From Mayamaea pseudoterrestris (Eukaryota): a DNA stretch of 64,000 nucleotides. Where the stretch lies: NCBI GenBank assembly GCA_027923505.1, contig BROI01000006.1, positions 62,001 through 126,000 of the forward strand. The letters are read 5' to 3'. Under the pieces are notes generated by a model, which was not told the DNA's origin, did no database searches, and was given only the letters and a program-made list of their open reading frames with translations. Of the stretch, positions 24,968-36,678 are shown piece by piece; within the stretch, counting starts at the first letter, position 1, and every line of letters begins with the position of its first letter. Both the position numbers and the translations under genes were made by a program.

Positions 24968-26275
24968 CATGACCTCCACTAGCATTGAGAATACCCTACC
25001 CTTACTTGACGTCTTGATGATTGGAACGGGCGAGTACGACTGGCTTTGCCGGGCGCATCGCCCGGCGCCTCCCGGATGGCAAGGGGAGCTGGCGTCGTTG
25101 CCTTGACCATGCTGGATTTTGCAAAGGAGGGGCAAGATTGGCAAGATCTCCATGGTAGGGGGTTAATGGCACAAAGTTTCCAGTCATTCGCAAGCACATG
25201 CAAGCTAACCATTGGTAGTGTATACAAGGGATTGGATCCAAGCACTATAGAGACTTTCCAAGGATGATGAAATCGATCCACAGGCTCGCATGTCAGCCAT
25301 CAGCAGTTACTCAGCAGCAAGCATCGCATCGCCGCCATTATATTCACACCCGACGACACGCACTTTGACATTGCCACTGGCTTGCATTCGCGCTGGCATT
25401 CACGTCTTGGTCCCAAACCCATTGTGACCGAACGCTCCAGCATCACCAGCGACGCGGAGAACTCTCAAGTACAACGTATTGGATGGCCGTCGAAGTCCAC
25501 AAGCGATGGATCCATTCTACGCCGACGCGACAGAATTCGATCGTGGCAAGACGACTTTTTACATGACGGCCTACATGTACGCAGCCAAAGTTTCAGTTAA
25601 ACTCGTTTCCGGCGTGGGCCGGCAAGTCATCCGACATTAGCATTACTACCTGAACTCTCGCACCACGTGGATGTTCGAGGTGTTTGCACGGCAAGGCCAA
25701 ACCAGTCCGAGTGGTGGCGACCGCATCGCTTGAACAGCATGCCGCGCAAGCCATGGGCTTTCGCCAACGAAGATTTCCATCACATTGACAGTGACGTTGG
25801 GCTGAATTTGCGTCCAAAGCATTGTGGCTGCGCCGTGTACACGGCGTCATGGGTCGCCCCCGAAGACGACGTGCATCGCAGCGGCTTCTACTACATGGGT
25901 GCGTCGGGTGAAGTTTTGATTGACCAGAGCACCGCGGCTGCACCATGAGCGCGGACGCCCGCGGCTTTGCGTCGATCAATCCATGTTTCATGAAGTACAC
26001 GCCCAATCATGATGGCGAGTTTCCCAGGTCGAGCTACGGCTACAAGAGTTTTGATGTCTTTGTTGATGCGGTGCGCGAGATTCAAGCCTCTCGAAAGCAA
26101 CCAAGTGACTTTGACAATGGCGGATTGGCGACGGTGCATACCACGTTGCAAGGTACGGCAATATTGGAAGCCGGTCGCAAGAGCTTGGATGCCGACTCGA
26201 GGCCCATGGACATTTATTAATGACAGTCACGAGAGTCTTATTCCTGTTGACATCAAGGCTCATGAATTCAAGTAG
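24968..26275 (+). pseudogene. Gfo/Idh/MocA-family oxidoreductase, frameshifted
   Basis: Fragments [71 protein letters not shown]. Confidence 0.72.
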
Positions 26276-26864
26276 GAACAGTATATATATATGCAGGTTT
26301 CAGCAGTTGTTGGCTCGCTCACAAAGTGTCGAATGCGGCTGTATGTAACGATGCTATCTCGGTTTGGACGGACAATGCAAGTTTAAATATTTCGAATTTT
26401 TTGTCATTATCAAAGTAAAGAACATAGTGATAGTTACTGCGCATGGTGTCGTTGCTCGTTGCCGAAGAGCTATGATACTTTGCAAGTGCAATGGGGCCGA
26501 CGTTATGAAACCGATGCGACAGATATGAATTGGTGCGACATGCTCACAATCCACATCATCGCGAGCACCGTTGCGCTTTCACAGGCCGACTGTCATACTG
26601 TAAACAAGGCATTGTAAATTAGAATGTACGATAGGCACGAACAATGGGTTCTCTAGTTGCAGCGAATCTTCTTGCTCTCTGCATTCGCAAATGGCGCGTC
26701 AGGATTCCTACAGCCGGCGCGGCATGCGAGAACCCGTATCTGCAGTTTGACCAGAGATTCGACCATGATTCGCAAGCATTTCTCACGGCTACTGGAAATC
26801 GCTTCTCCTCACAAATGAAACGAAGAAAAACATCTCTCTACGTGTCTGATCCCTCTCACTACTA

Positions 26865-28590
26865 ATGACGAATAGCGTACAGAAAACATCACAGTTCTTG
26901 GTCCGCATTGTCTTGCTGCGCGCCATGGCGTTTGTGCATCTTGTTGCCTTTTTGGTCGCACTGCATCAAAACAAGGCACTCATTGGCGACGATGGAATCA
27001 CTCCTGCTAAAAATGTGTTGAACGCGGCTGAAATGCGCGGCAAACCGATAAAGGAGCACCGCAAACACAAGGACGACGACGCCCGAGGGACGCCAGAGCA
27101 ACAACCTGCCACTCCAATTCTCAAATCGTTCAGACAAAGTTCACTTTCACGATTTATACAAAACAATCCAAAACTCTCTCGACTACAAAACAAATTTACA
27201 AATTTGCGCGAATTGCTGTGGGATCGATGCGACGTCATGCATCGACCAGTGATTACGCTCCTGTGGCTCGCCAAGGATCGCAACAAGCTAAATCCTTGGC
27301 TGGATGCAAGCTATTGCAGGCTTGTCCATGTCCGCTCATTCTGCTACTTGGATCGGCCAATGTACCTCTCGTCTTTGGGTTGTGGCTCTGTCAAAGGTCG
27401 CTCATGTCGGTTGGAAGTCCATTCTATGGGTTCGGCTGGGAGCCACAGCTCAATGAACTGTCGTTTCACGCACTCCTTCTCGTTGCCGCTACTGTCGCTT
27501 CCAACAAATACCACACCCTTACCAGTCTCACCAATCATTGCATGGGCTTTTCGGTGGATGCTGTTTCGCATCATGATGGGTGCCGGCTTGATCAAGTTTC
27601 GATCGGGCGACACCAAGTGGAAGGACGGGACGGCCATGCAATATTTCTACGAAACGCAGCCAGTCCCCAATCCATTGTCTCGCTACTTTCATTGGATGCC
27701 CAAACCGTGGCACACGTTTGAAGTGTGGGCGAACCATTTCGTTGAAGTTTTGGCGCCGTGGCTTTTTGATTATTCCGGGCTTGCCATTGTCTTGGCGACG
27801 AGCGGCTGGACTCATTCAAATCAACTTTCAAGCCATTTTGATTCTAAGCGGCAATTTGAGTTTCCTCAACTGGCTGACCATGGTGCCGGCAATTGTGTGT
27901 GGATGATGGTTTTGTCGGAGGGTTGTTTTCGGCGTCAACTCGTACCCGAGCCATGGGAGCGGCATGGACCTATTCTACATCTACAGGGCGGCAACTAGTA
28001 AATGTTGGCTTTCTTGGATTGGTCGCATGGTTGAGTATACCTGTGGTCAAGAACCTTCTTTCCGAGAAGCAGATTATGAACTTTTCGTTCGACCCACTGC
28101 GACTGATCTCAATACGTACGGCGCTTTTGGAACCGTAGGCGAGGAAAGGGAGGAGTTCATAATCTCTGCAGCACCTGATTTTGACGGTCCTTGGAAAGAA
28201 TATGAGTTTAAAGTGAAGCCAGGAGACGTCAACAAACATCCACGATGGATTTCGCCGTACCATTATCGCTTGGATTGGCAGCTATGGATCGCTTCCGCAT
28301 GCCGATCCCTGGATCGTAGCCCGTGGTTGCTATCGCTATTGCTGAAACTGCTTCAGCGAAACGAGGCTGTATTAAACCTACTCGACGGTGATCCTTGGAA
28401 AGGTTACGCAGAAAAACCAAAGTATATTCGGGTTGATCGCTACAGGTACAAGTTTCACAAGCCGACGAGCCGAAACGACCCGGTTTTCTGGGACAGGAAT
28501 ACGTAGGGCGAGTCTATCCAAGGCAAGGGCTTGCAACCCAAGAGGGAATAAAAGACGACATTAGGCGTCTAAGGCTACTGTATGGCTAGC
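26865..28590 (+). pseudogene. Lipase maturation factor (LMF) family protein, several frameshifts
   Basis: ALIGDDGITP, FYGFGWEPQL, FRIMMGAGLIK, YETQPVPNPLS, SGNLSFLNWLT, NTYGAFGTV, SPYHYRLDWQLW, spread over three frames. Confidence 0.85.
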
Positions 28591-28661
28591 GCAGTTGTAA
28601 ATTGACATACTTGTGTAGGAGTTGCAGTAAATTTTTATCATAACAGTAAAGTGACGAACAT

Positions 28662-29423
28662 CTACACAGAGGTCAGCTCAAGCTTGGTTCCCATGCCCAT
28701 GTCCATACCATCATATTGTGCCACGGCCTTTTTAGCATCCTCAATGTCCTCATACGTAACCTTTCCTCGCAGCACCGGAAAGTCGTCATCCTCCTTGCAC
28801 TCAAACTCAGTCACAGATCCAAGCGACTCTAGCGTCATTTTGCAAGCTGCTTCACCCATGTTTGCGGGAAATCCGGAAAATGATAGTGTTGGCGACTTGA
28901 CTGGAGGAGGAGCTGTCATTGCTGCTTCAGTTTGTCGAATCAGTGCCTTGTAGTCCTTGCCGTAACGTTGCAGTGCCAGCTCCTTGTTGTTGATGTATTC
29001 TGCGACAACATTTTGTGCATTGTGATCGTCTTTATCCTTTAGTGTCTGGTAAAACTCTTTAAATGCAGGCTTGGTCCACATTGCCTCCTCAAACTTGGAG
29101 GAAAACTTGTCTGGCCTCTTCATCTTTGCCGCCGTGCCCTTCAATTGACCGCTCATTCGAAGACGAACCTCTACAAGCATGAGCTTCACGTCCATCTCAT
29201 TCATGGATGCTGGAACACGAATGCCTTGTTGCTGTAGCTCTTCCTCCACGTCGTCAAACTCCATTGGCTGAACCTTGGCAAATTCTTCAGCCACGACAGG
29301 ATCATTGTAGTCAATCGCCATGCGCAGTGGCTGCCTCGTCCGTCCAGCCGATGGTGCGACGAAGAATGCATTCGCGGCGGAAACAAGCGCCAGCAGAAGA
29401 ACTGCGCAACGGAACTGAGCCAT
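28662..29423 (-). CDS. Plastid-targeted protein with C-terminal RRM-like domain
   Basis: MAQFRCAVLLLALVSAANA-FFVAP bipartite presequence. C-terminal LSFSGFPAN...GKVTYEDIEDAKKAVAQYDG is RRM-like. Confidence 0.75.
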   Translation of the reverse strand: MAQFRCAVLLLALVSAANAFFVAPSAGRTRQPLRMAIDYNDPVVAEEFAKVQPMEFDDVEEELQQQGIRVPASMNEMDVKLMLVEVRLRMSGQLKGTAAKMKRPDKFSSKFEEAMWTKPAFKEFYQTLKDKDDHNAQNVVAEYINNKELALQRYGKDYKALIRQTEAAMTAPPPVKSPTLSFSGFPANMGEAACKMTLESLGSVTEFECKEDDDFPVLRGKVTYEDIEDAKKAVAQYDGMDMGMGTKLELTSV

Positions 29424-30425
29424 TTTGGTGTCTAAAGTGTGACTATAGACGATACTTGTCTTAAAAAATGATGTGCCATCACCTTGGTCGGATGGTGGAT
29501 GATGCTGCTGCGCCAAAAGCTGACGCATGTCGCAGTTGCCACTTGGAAGAAGGCGCGCGGGCGCGGTGCCCGCGACGGTTTCAGCTTCCGGTGTGACAGG
29601 GATCGCGGTTCGTCTTTTTGAAAACGGATCGTTCCAATTATGCTTTGACATTTTTCCGGGAAAGGCTTATGTAGAACGCACGTCGAACAGACCGGAAGAT
29701 ATCCTTTCTTTCGTTTGAAGTCTACGAGCGTTTCCTACCAAGTGTCTCGTAGGGAAGTCTCGGAAATCACAAGTCGCCTCGATCACTTTTTTGGGCACAC
29801 AATTTGCTCCAACTTCCAGAGAAGTACGATTTTGTTTGCCAGTGAGCGACTTCTTATTATACAAACGTAAGTTTCCGACCCTCCATGACTGTTGGACCCA
29901 CGTTGTTGTGACTAAAAGTTGAAAGAGTGTTGTTGTATCTTTGCTTGGCGACAGCATCAGCGAGATTCCACCTCTGGAGCTTGGATGGGGTGGAAAAAGA
30001 TGGATTTCTCCGCCAGAGGTGTCTTGCTGACATCAACACTTTGTGTGATGACTCTTATGATGATTTTGAGTCTGTGGAATAGTTGTTGTCGTGTAAGAAT
30101 GTTAAAACTTTGACTTTTTCCACTTGGTCGTCCGTCCTCGAGACCCGTCGTTCCATCGGGTTGTTTGTCGACTGCATGGTGGCACTGCTCGCTTGGTTCG
30201 CTCGTGCAGCCGAAGCGGACGTGAGCTGCCTTGCCCGGCCGGCGTCCAACCACGTACTTTTCACGACGCGTCGGTTGAGCCTTTGATTGGTGGTTGCGAA
30301 CGCACGCCCCCCGTCGCCCCTCATGTTTTTGAGTCTTGGATGCGCAGCTTGGTTCGTGTGCTTTCACGTTAGCTAACTTTCGCTTTCTCCTATTCGACTT
30401 ACAGACAAACCAAGTATCTATAAAC

Positions 30426-31215
30426 ATGTCCGACTTTGAAGACTTTGAGGAAGGTGCCTTTGACGGTGGCTTTGATGACGCATCTGACGATGATGTTGAG
30501 GACTTTGCTCCCGATGAAGCTGGATGGGAGGGCGATCCAGTGGCTGCGGATCCTGAAGATGACGACGAGGACGATGATGACGAGGATGCCGGTGAAGAAG
30601 ATCTTGGTAAGTTGTGGGACTTTGATCTCGCCTACCCTGTCGTCTACCGTGTTTTCTTGGCTTACATGTGAAGCTTCAACTCATTTAGGCGACGAGGATA
30701 CCGACGAAGAGGAGGCAAACGACGACGATGCTGCTGCAGGTGACGATGTGAGTCATTTTCGGCATGTTATAATGCTAGCTGTTAAAACAAGAATTCTCAC
30801 AATATATATTTAATGTCTTTACAGGATCAGGGAGATGACGACAATGAAGGTGGAGACGATGACGAGGATGACGACGATGAGCAAGTCGGCGAGGACGATG
30901 AAGACGAGGTAAGCTTGACGCTTGCGGTGTTCCTTTTCTCCCTTTCGTGACTTTGACTAACAGTTCAAGTCTTTTCCGCTTTTGCCAATTTAGGAGGACC
31001 CTGCCACGAGCACGCGAGCTCTCGTCGAGGGACCTGTCCAGTCGGACGACGAAGATGAGGAAGACTACGAGGACAAGGGTGGCGATGATGACGAGGAAGA
31101 AGTTGACGATGAAGACGAGGATGAGGAAGCGCCTGATGAGGAGGGAGATGACGACGATGACGAGGAAGGCGGCGATGATGATGACAAGCCATCCAAGAAG
31201 CAACGGACTGGATGA
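30426..31215 (+). CDS. Extremely acidic 181-aa disordered protein with C-terminal basic NLS (exons 30426-30606, 30689-30747, 30825-30908, 30994-31215)
   Basis: Three canonical GT-AG introns join D/E-rich exons in one frame. Ends KPSKKQRTG-stop. Confidence 0.85.
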
Positions 31216-31273
31216 GGTTTGTGATTGATGCATGCAGTAGATAAGGTTATATATCTATGTAAAATATCGCCCT

Positions 31274-32035
31274 CTATGAAGCTTTGACCTCAATGTTAGT
31301 AGCAGTCTTGTAAATGCGCATTTCTTGTTCGTCGTAGACAATGGAAGCGTCAAGCCGTAAGTCGGCTTGTGTAGACGTGTCTTCTGCATCTCGAAGCGGC
31401 AGCGCAAAGCGGTAAGATAAAACGGTTGTCTCTGGAAGACATTCTTTTGCTAGCTTGAGACTTATTCGTCCCATCAACGGTTTGACTCCAAAGATCATGA
31501 CTGTATCGGCATGTGAAAGATTATATGTAAAAAAGTCGCGACAGTAAAATTCGGATTGTTGTCGTTCAAGAGACGACCAGAGAAACAGCCGTCGAAATTG
31601 CGAAATCAAGTACAGCGTTGTGTTCAACTCAATGCCAATCGCGCGGTCATATCCAGCCAGTAATGCTTGTCGAACTGCTTCGCCGTCACCACTGCCAAGA
31701 TCGACAAAGACCAATGGTTGTTGAATGCTCGTAGTTGTTTGCAACGCGGAAGCTAACCTTTGATGGCTTCCTAGTCCACGACGCTGTCGATGTATCGACA
31801 TGGAATATTCCAATGCTTGTCGAAGCTTGTGCTTCGGTGTTCCCATGTAAGGAAGCGGACTCTTGGAGACGACGAATGGAGCCATGAGTGCAATCGATCC
31901 AACCATGATGCTTCCAGCCACAATACCGGCTCGAAGCTGGCGCTGTCGTCTCAAAGCATGGTCATCAGCACTTTCTACATACATGCAATCAAACATATGG
32001 AGTAATGATTGCTTTATTGCGCCTTTATCGACCAA
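31274..32035 (-). CDS. FAM173 (ANTKMT/ATPSCKMT)-like lysine methyltransferase
   Basis: N-terminal TM segment, LPYMGTP, VDLGSGDG, GIELN, VMIFGVKPLM, VLSYRF. Exact start uncertain (first ATG at 31996). Confidence 0.75.
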   Translation of the reverse strand: MVDKGAIKQSLLHMFDCMYVESADDHALRRQRQLRAGIVAGSIMVGSIALMAPFVVSKSPLPYMGTPKHKLRQALEYSMSIHRQRRGLGSHQRLASALQTTTSIQQPLVFVDLGSGDGEAVRQALLAGYDRAIGIELNTTLYLISQFRRLFLWSSLERQQSEFYCRDFFTYNLSHADTVMIFGVKPLMGRISLKLAKECLPETTVLSYRFALPLRDAEDTSTQADLRLDASIVYDEQEMRIYKTATNIEVKAS

Positions 32036-32265
32036 AGCAGCATCAATTTATAGAGATGGAAACGGACGCAAGCGAAAACGAAAGTGGCGTTTTGTCCCTG
32101 TGCGACAGAAAGCGCCGCTGCGACACGTCATCACGCGCCTTCCTTGGCACCTCCCCATGCTTCCTGCACGATCAACATGAGACATGAGCCATGACAATTT
32201 AGCCGCTCAAACTATCCTCATCGTGAAGTAGTACCGATCCTGCTACTAGACTTCTACAACAAAAA

Positions 32266-33942
32266 ATGGCTGACTGTGGTGCAACTGGATCAACGCTAGA
32301 TCGAGCCGCTCGTGCTCTCTTTGGGGCAAACGATGCCAAGGCTGCTGCTTCGCTCATGGGGCATGCCGTCGCAGCGTTTGGAGGAGGAGCATCGCAGCAG
32401 CCAATGCCGCTTCTTGTGGCGACTCCAGAAAGTATATCGCTTCCGCAGACGCATAGTCAGTTGGCGGTGAATCGGCAGCTGCAGCAGCAGCATCTGAATA
32501 CGCCCAAGACTGTGCATCGTTCGGAGCAACACCAATCGCCTTTACAATATCAATCGTTGCAGCAGCAGCATCAGCATCATCAGCTTTATAACTCCCATCA
32601 GCAGCCGCAACATGCTCCTCAGTTTCAGCAGCAGCATGCCCATTTACAGATGATGCAGCAGCAACAGCAATTCATGATGATGCAGCAGCAACAGCAGCAA
32701 TTGCAGCTCATGGCGCAACAACAACAACATCATTTGCAGCAGCAGCAGAATCTATCACACGTGACGCATGAGCAAGAGAATGATGTAGAGTATCATGATG
32801 GAGTCGTTCAAGGAGCAACCATTCAGGAGCTCTCGGCTGCCTGGGCTGAAACTGTAGACAGCATTCAGCAGGAACAAGACGTTTACGACGGAAACGTGCA
32901 AGGAGCAACGATTGAGGAGCTTTCCGCGGCGTGGGCCGAGGCGCAAGCCGACTATGAGGAGCTGGAAGCAGCCGTCAATGTCGCCAGTGGCTATCACGAA
33001 GAGGAGCACGTGACTCCCGAGTACGAGTTTATCAACCCATTGGCAGACGTCACAAATGCAAACGAAACTCCAGATGCAGCGACAACAGACTGGATGGAGC
33101 AAGGCATGCGCCACTTTGCGCAAGGCGAGCTACAGGAAGCTGTACGCGACTTTGAAACGGAGCTGCAGCAACACAACATGGACAACGCCACAGCTTGGCG
33201 TATGCTTGGTAGATGCCACGCTGAGAATGATCAGGACCGCATGGCTATTGTTTGTTTGGAGCAAGCAGTTGACCGTGACCCGTACAATCAGGAAGCAAGG
33301 TTAGCCTTGGGAGTGAGTTACGTCAATGAGCTTAACCATGCCAAGGCACTGGAACATTTAAAGGCATGGATCACACATAATCCAAAGTATTCGCAACTTG
33401 AAATTGGAGAAGACTTGTACGGAGCTGGCTCTGCCGAAAATAATTATGTGAGCGAACCTGGGTTTGACGAAGTCCAGCGCCTCTTGCTATCGGCACTAGA
33501 GTTTGATGCGAGCGATGCAGCCGACGTGCTTGGCGCGCTAGGTGTCGTTTACAACGTCAGTCGAGACTACGATGCTGCTATTGATGCGTTCAAACGAGCC
33601 ATTGCCATTCACGGAGACGATTACCAGCTATACAATCGGCTTGGAGCAACATTGGCCAATTGCAGCAAAAGTGAGGATGCCCTTCCAGCCTACAAGCGAG
33701 CCATTGAGTTGAAACCAAAGTTTACAAGAGCCTGGCTAAACATGGCCATTTCTCATGCGAATCTACAGAACTTTGGTGAAGCATCCAGGTGTTATTTGCA
33801 AACGTTGAGTTTGAATCCAGCGGCGACGCATTGTTGGAGTTATTTGCGAGTAGCGCTCTCGTCGGGACATTACTGGGAGCTGCTTCCATATGCTGCGGCA
33901 ATGGATCTTGACTCGTTTCATGCACATTTTGATTTTATTTAG
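32266..33942 (+). CDS. PEX5: Peroxisomal PTS1 receptor PEX5
   Basis: N-terminal Cys (MADCG). TPR region AWRMLGRCHAEND, LGVSYVNE, LYNRLGATLAN, RAWLNMAISHAN, WSYLR. Confidence 0.9.
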   Translation: MADCGATGSTLDRAARALFGANDAKAAASLMGHAVAAFGGGASQQPMPLLVATPESISLPQTHSQLAVNRQLQQQHLNTPKTVHRSEQHQSPLQYQSLQQQHQHHQLYNSHQQPQHAPQFQQQHAHLQMMQQQQQFMMMQQQQQQLQLMAQQQQHHLQQQQNLSHVTHEQENDVEYHDGVVQGATIQELSAAWAETVDSIQQEQDVYDGNVQGATIEELSAAWAEAQADYEELEAAVNVASGYHEEEHVTPEYEFINPLADVTNANETPDAATTDWMEQGMRHFAQGELQEAVRDFETELQQHNMDNATAWRMLGRCHAENDQDRMAIVCLEQAVDRDPYNQEARLALGVSYVNELNHAKALEHLKAWITHNPKYSQLEIGEDLYGAGSAENNYVSEPGFDEVQRLLLSALEFDASDAADVLGALGVVYNVSRDYDAAIDAFKRAIAIHGDDYQLYNRLGATLANCSKSEDALPAYKRAIELKPKFTRAWLNMAISHANLQNFGEASRCYLQTLSLNPAATHCWSYLRVALSSGHYWELLPYAAAMDLDSFHAHFDFI

Positions 33943-34195
33943 TCATTGTTATGATATTGCCTATGACTGTTGCTGAAGGTATGTAGTTGTACCGGTAGAA
34001 ACCATAACAATTCGATATGGAATGGGTAGCAAAAAATGGCGCGAAAAATAAAAGTGTGACGTCCTCGTCGTTGAGCATGTTGAAGTGCCGCTCGGTGATC
34101 GCATCGCAGAATCGCCTCCATCTTTTGATCTATTGGATACATTTATACCGTGTGCTCCGGCTCTTTCTAATAGTACAAGGAAGCTAGGAAACACT

Positions 34196-36267
34196 ATGAA
34201 GTACTTTCAGACAGCCTTGTTGCTTTCAGTGCTCGCACTGGAGAGCGATGCTTTTGCGCCGTCGAAATTTCTTTCGCAGAGAAGCACCAAGGTCTTTGCC
34301 ACGGTCGAAGAGACAACGAACAAAAATGTTGCGCAAACGGAGGACACCAACCGTGACAGCATCATGACTTTCTCCTACGACATGTCCATGGAACCAAAGT
34401 ACGAGAAACCAACATACCCAGGCACTGGTAATGGCTTATCGGGTGACTCTGGCGAATACGATGTTATTGTGATTGGCAGTGGCATGGGCGGCTTGGCGTG
34501 CGGAGCACTCTCGGCCAAGTACGGCGACAAGGTGCTGGTGCTAGAGTCGCATATCAAGTGTGGAGGATCTGCGCATACATTTTCGCGCATGCACAATGGC
34601 GGCAAGTATTCCTTCGAGGTGGGACCGTCCATTTTTGAAGGACTTGATCGACCGAGTCTAAACCCGCTGCGCATGATTTTTGATATTCTTGGAGAGAAAA
34701 TGCCTGTCAAGACTTACACTGGTCTTGGATATTGGACGCCGACTGGGTATTGGCGGTTTCCAATTGGAAGTAAAAGCTCATTTGAACAGTTGCTCATGGA
34801 GCAGGCCGAGGATGGCCCAAAGGCGGTCGAGGTATGTCATGACGCGATGACGACACTTTGTTGTAAAAGCAATACGCGAACCTAATGCTCAACGGCTTTT
34901 TCTCGTCTATACAGGAATGGAATCAACTACGTGCCCGGCTCAAGACGCTCGGAGGATCGACCACTGCTGTATCTCTACTCAATTTGAGACAGGATGCCGG
35001 TTTCTTGGCAACCACGGCGGGAAGTCTTCCCTTTGTCATGACACATCCAGACGTTTTTCTTGATCTGCCATTGACGTTTGACTCTCTGCACAAGACTGTT
35101 GATAAGATTGTGACAGTGCCATTTCTTCGTAACTTTATCGATACCATGTGCATCTTTTGTGGGTTCCCCGCCAAGGGCGCCATGACGGCACACATGCTAT
35201 ACATTTTGGAACGATTCTTTGAGGAGTCGGCTTGCTACTCTGTTCCCATTGGTGGAACTTGTGAAATGGGCAATACACTGCAGCGCGGCTTGGAAAAGTT
35301 TGGAGGAAAGTTGCAACTCAATGCTCATGTGGACGAAATTATGGTTGAGAATGGACGAGCTGTTGGTGTTCGTCTCAAGAATGGAAAAGTCGTCAAGGCG
35401 CGAAAGGCCGTTGTGAGCAATGCGACGCCATTTGATACGGTAAAGATGCTTGGTACGGAACAAGAGCTGCCACTAGGCGTACAAGACTGGAAGAAGGAGC
35501 TCGGAAAGCTTCCTCGGCATGGAGCTATTATGCATTTGTTCCTTGCGATTGATGCGACTGATTTGGATCTTTCGCATATTGACGATCCAGCGCATCTGGT
35601 GGTACAGGATTGGGGTCGGTCACTCCAAGACTCTCAGAACCTTTGCAGTTTTTTCATTCCAAGCCTGCTGGATAAATCTTTGTGCCCCGAAGGCAAACAC
35701 GTTATACATGTATATTCGTCTGGTGGTGAACCATATGAGCCGTGGGAAAAGCTAACCCCTGGAAGCGCTGAGTACGAGGCTTACAAGGAGAAGCGCGCCG
35801 AGGTGCTCTGGCAAGCTGTTGAGCGGTGCATTCCAGATGTGCGGCAACGGTTAGAATTCTCCATCATTGGCTCTCCTCTTGCACATGAAGCGTTCCTGCG
35901 ACGAGACAGAGGGACGTATGGAATGGCGTGGGCCGCTGGGACTTCGGCCCCATACGCTGGCATGCTCAAGAACATCCTGCCTTTTCCTTTCCCAAATTTC
36001 AAGACACCTGTCGATGGTCTGCTGCGATGTGGAGACTCATGCTTCCCGGGAATTGGAACACCAAGTGCGGCGGCGAGTGGTGCGATAGTCAGCTCCTCGC
36101 TACATCCCGTGAAGAAGCACATTGAGATGCTTCAAGAAGCAAGCAAAATTGACCCCATGTACAAGTTTCTTGATCCTGGATTTATGGCCAATGTTTACCT
36201 TCCCTTCGTTGGAGGGTTGACTCCATCACCTGAGCTTCGAGTAGAAGCAACGGAAAGTGTCAATTAA
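34196..36267 (+). CDS. Plastid CRTISO-family (carotenoid isomerase-like) FAD oxidoreductase, 662 aa (intron 34832-34914)
   Basis: SDA-FAP presequence, [61 protein letters not shown]. Confidence 0.88.
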
Positions 36268-36678
36268 GGAAATTACGGGCTTGCCCGATCAATCGGTCGC
36301 CGCCTCGATCAATTGACTTACAGTTAGCTATGGACCGTCGGTCATCATAGTCTCGGTTTCGGTTAATACAGCTTTATTGATACTGTGATCTAATTATACA
36401 TAGCTACATACGGCTACGTAAACTTTAAGCATGTCTTTAAGCTAAGATGGAAAAGCGCGGGTCATAAAAATTTACGCTAGGAGGAATTCTGTGAATATAC
36501 AAACCATGTACAATAGTTTTCTTGTCAATGCATTCATAGTCGATTACCCGCTTGATAAGAAGGCGACAAGGGCTAGCGTTAGTCTTCGTCGCTCTGGGCC
36601 GCCTCGTCGGAACAAGGTGCGTTGAATTTAAAGCAGCAACAACACCATGCTCCCGTCGAAGCGTCCGCTTTGATTGAA

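Noticed and set aside
30044..30075. Two TGATGA box C-like motifs as a C/D snoRNA
   Set aside because: No suitably placed CTGA box D or terminal stem.
32560..32750. CAG-rich repeats as a repeat array or CRISPR
   Set aside because: They encode a polyQ tract within PEX5. There is no repeat-spacer structure and no cas genes in this eukaryotic window.
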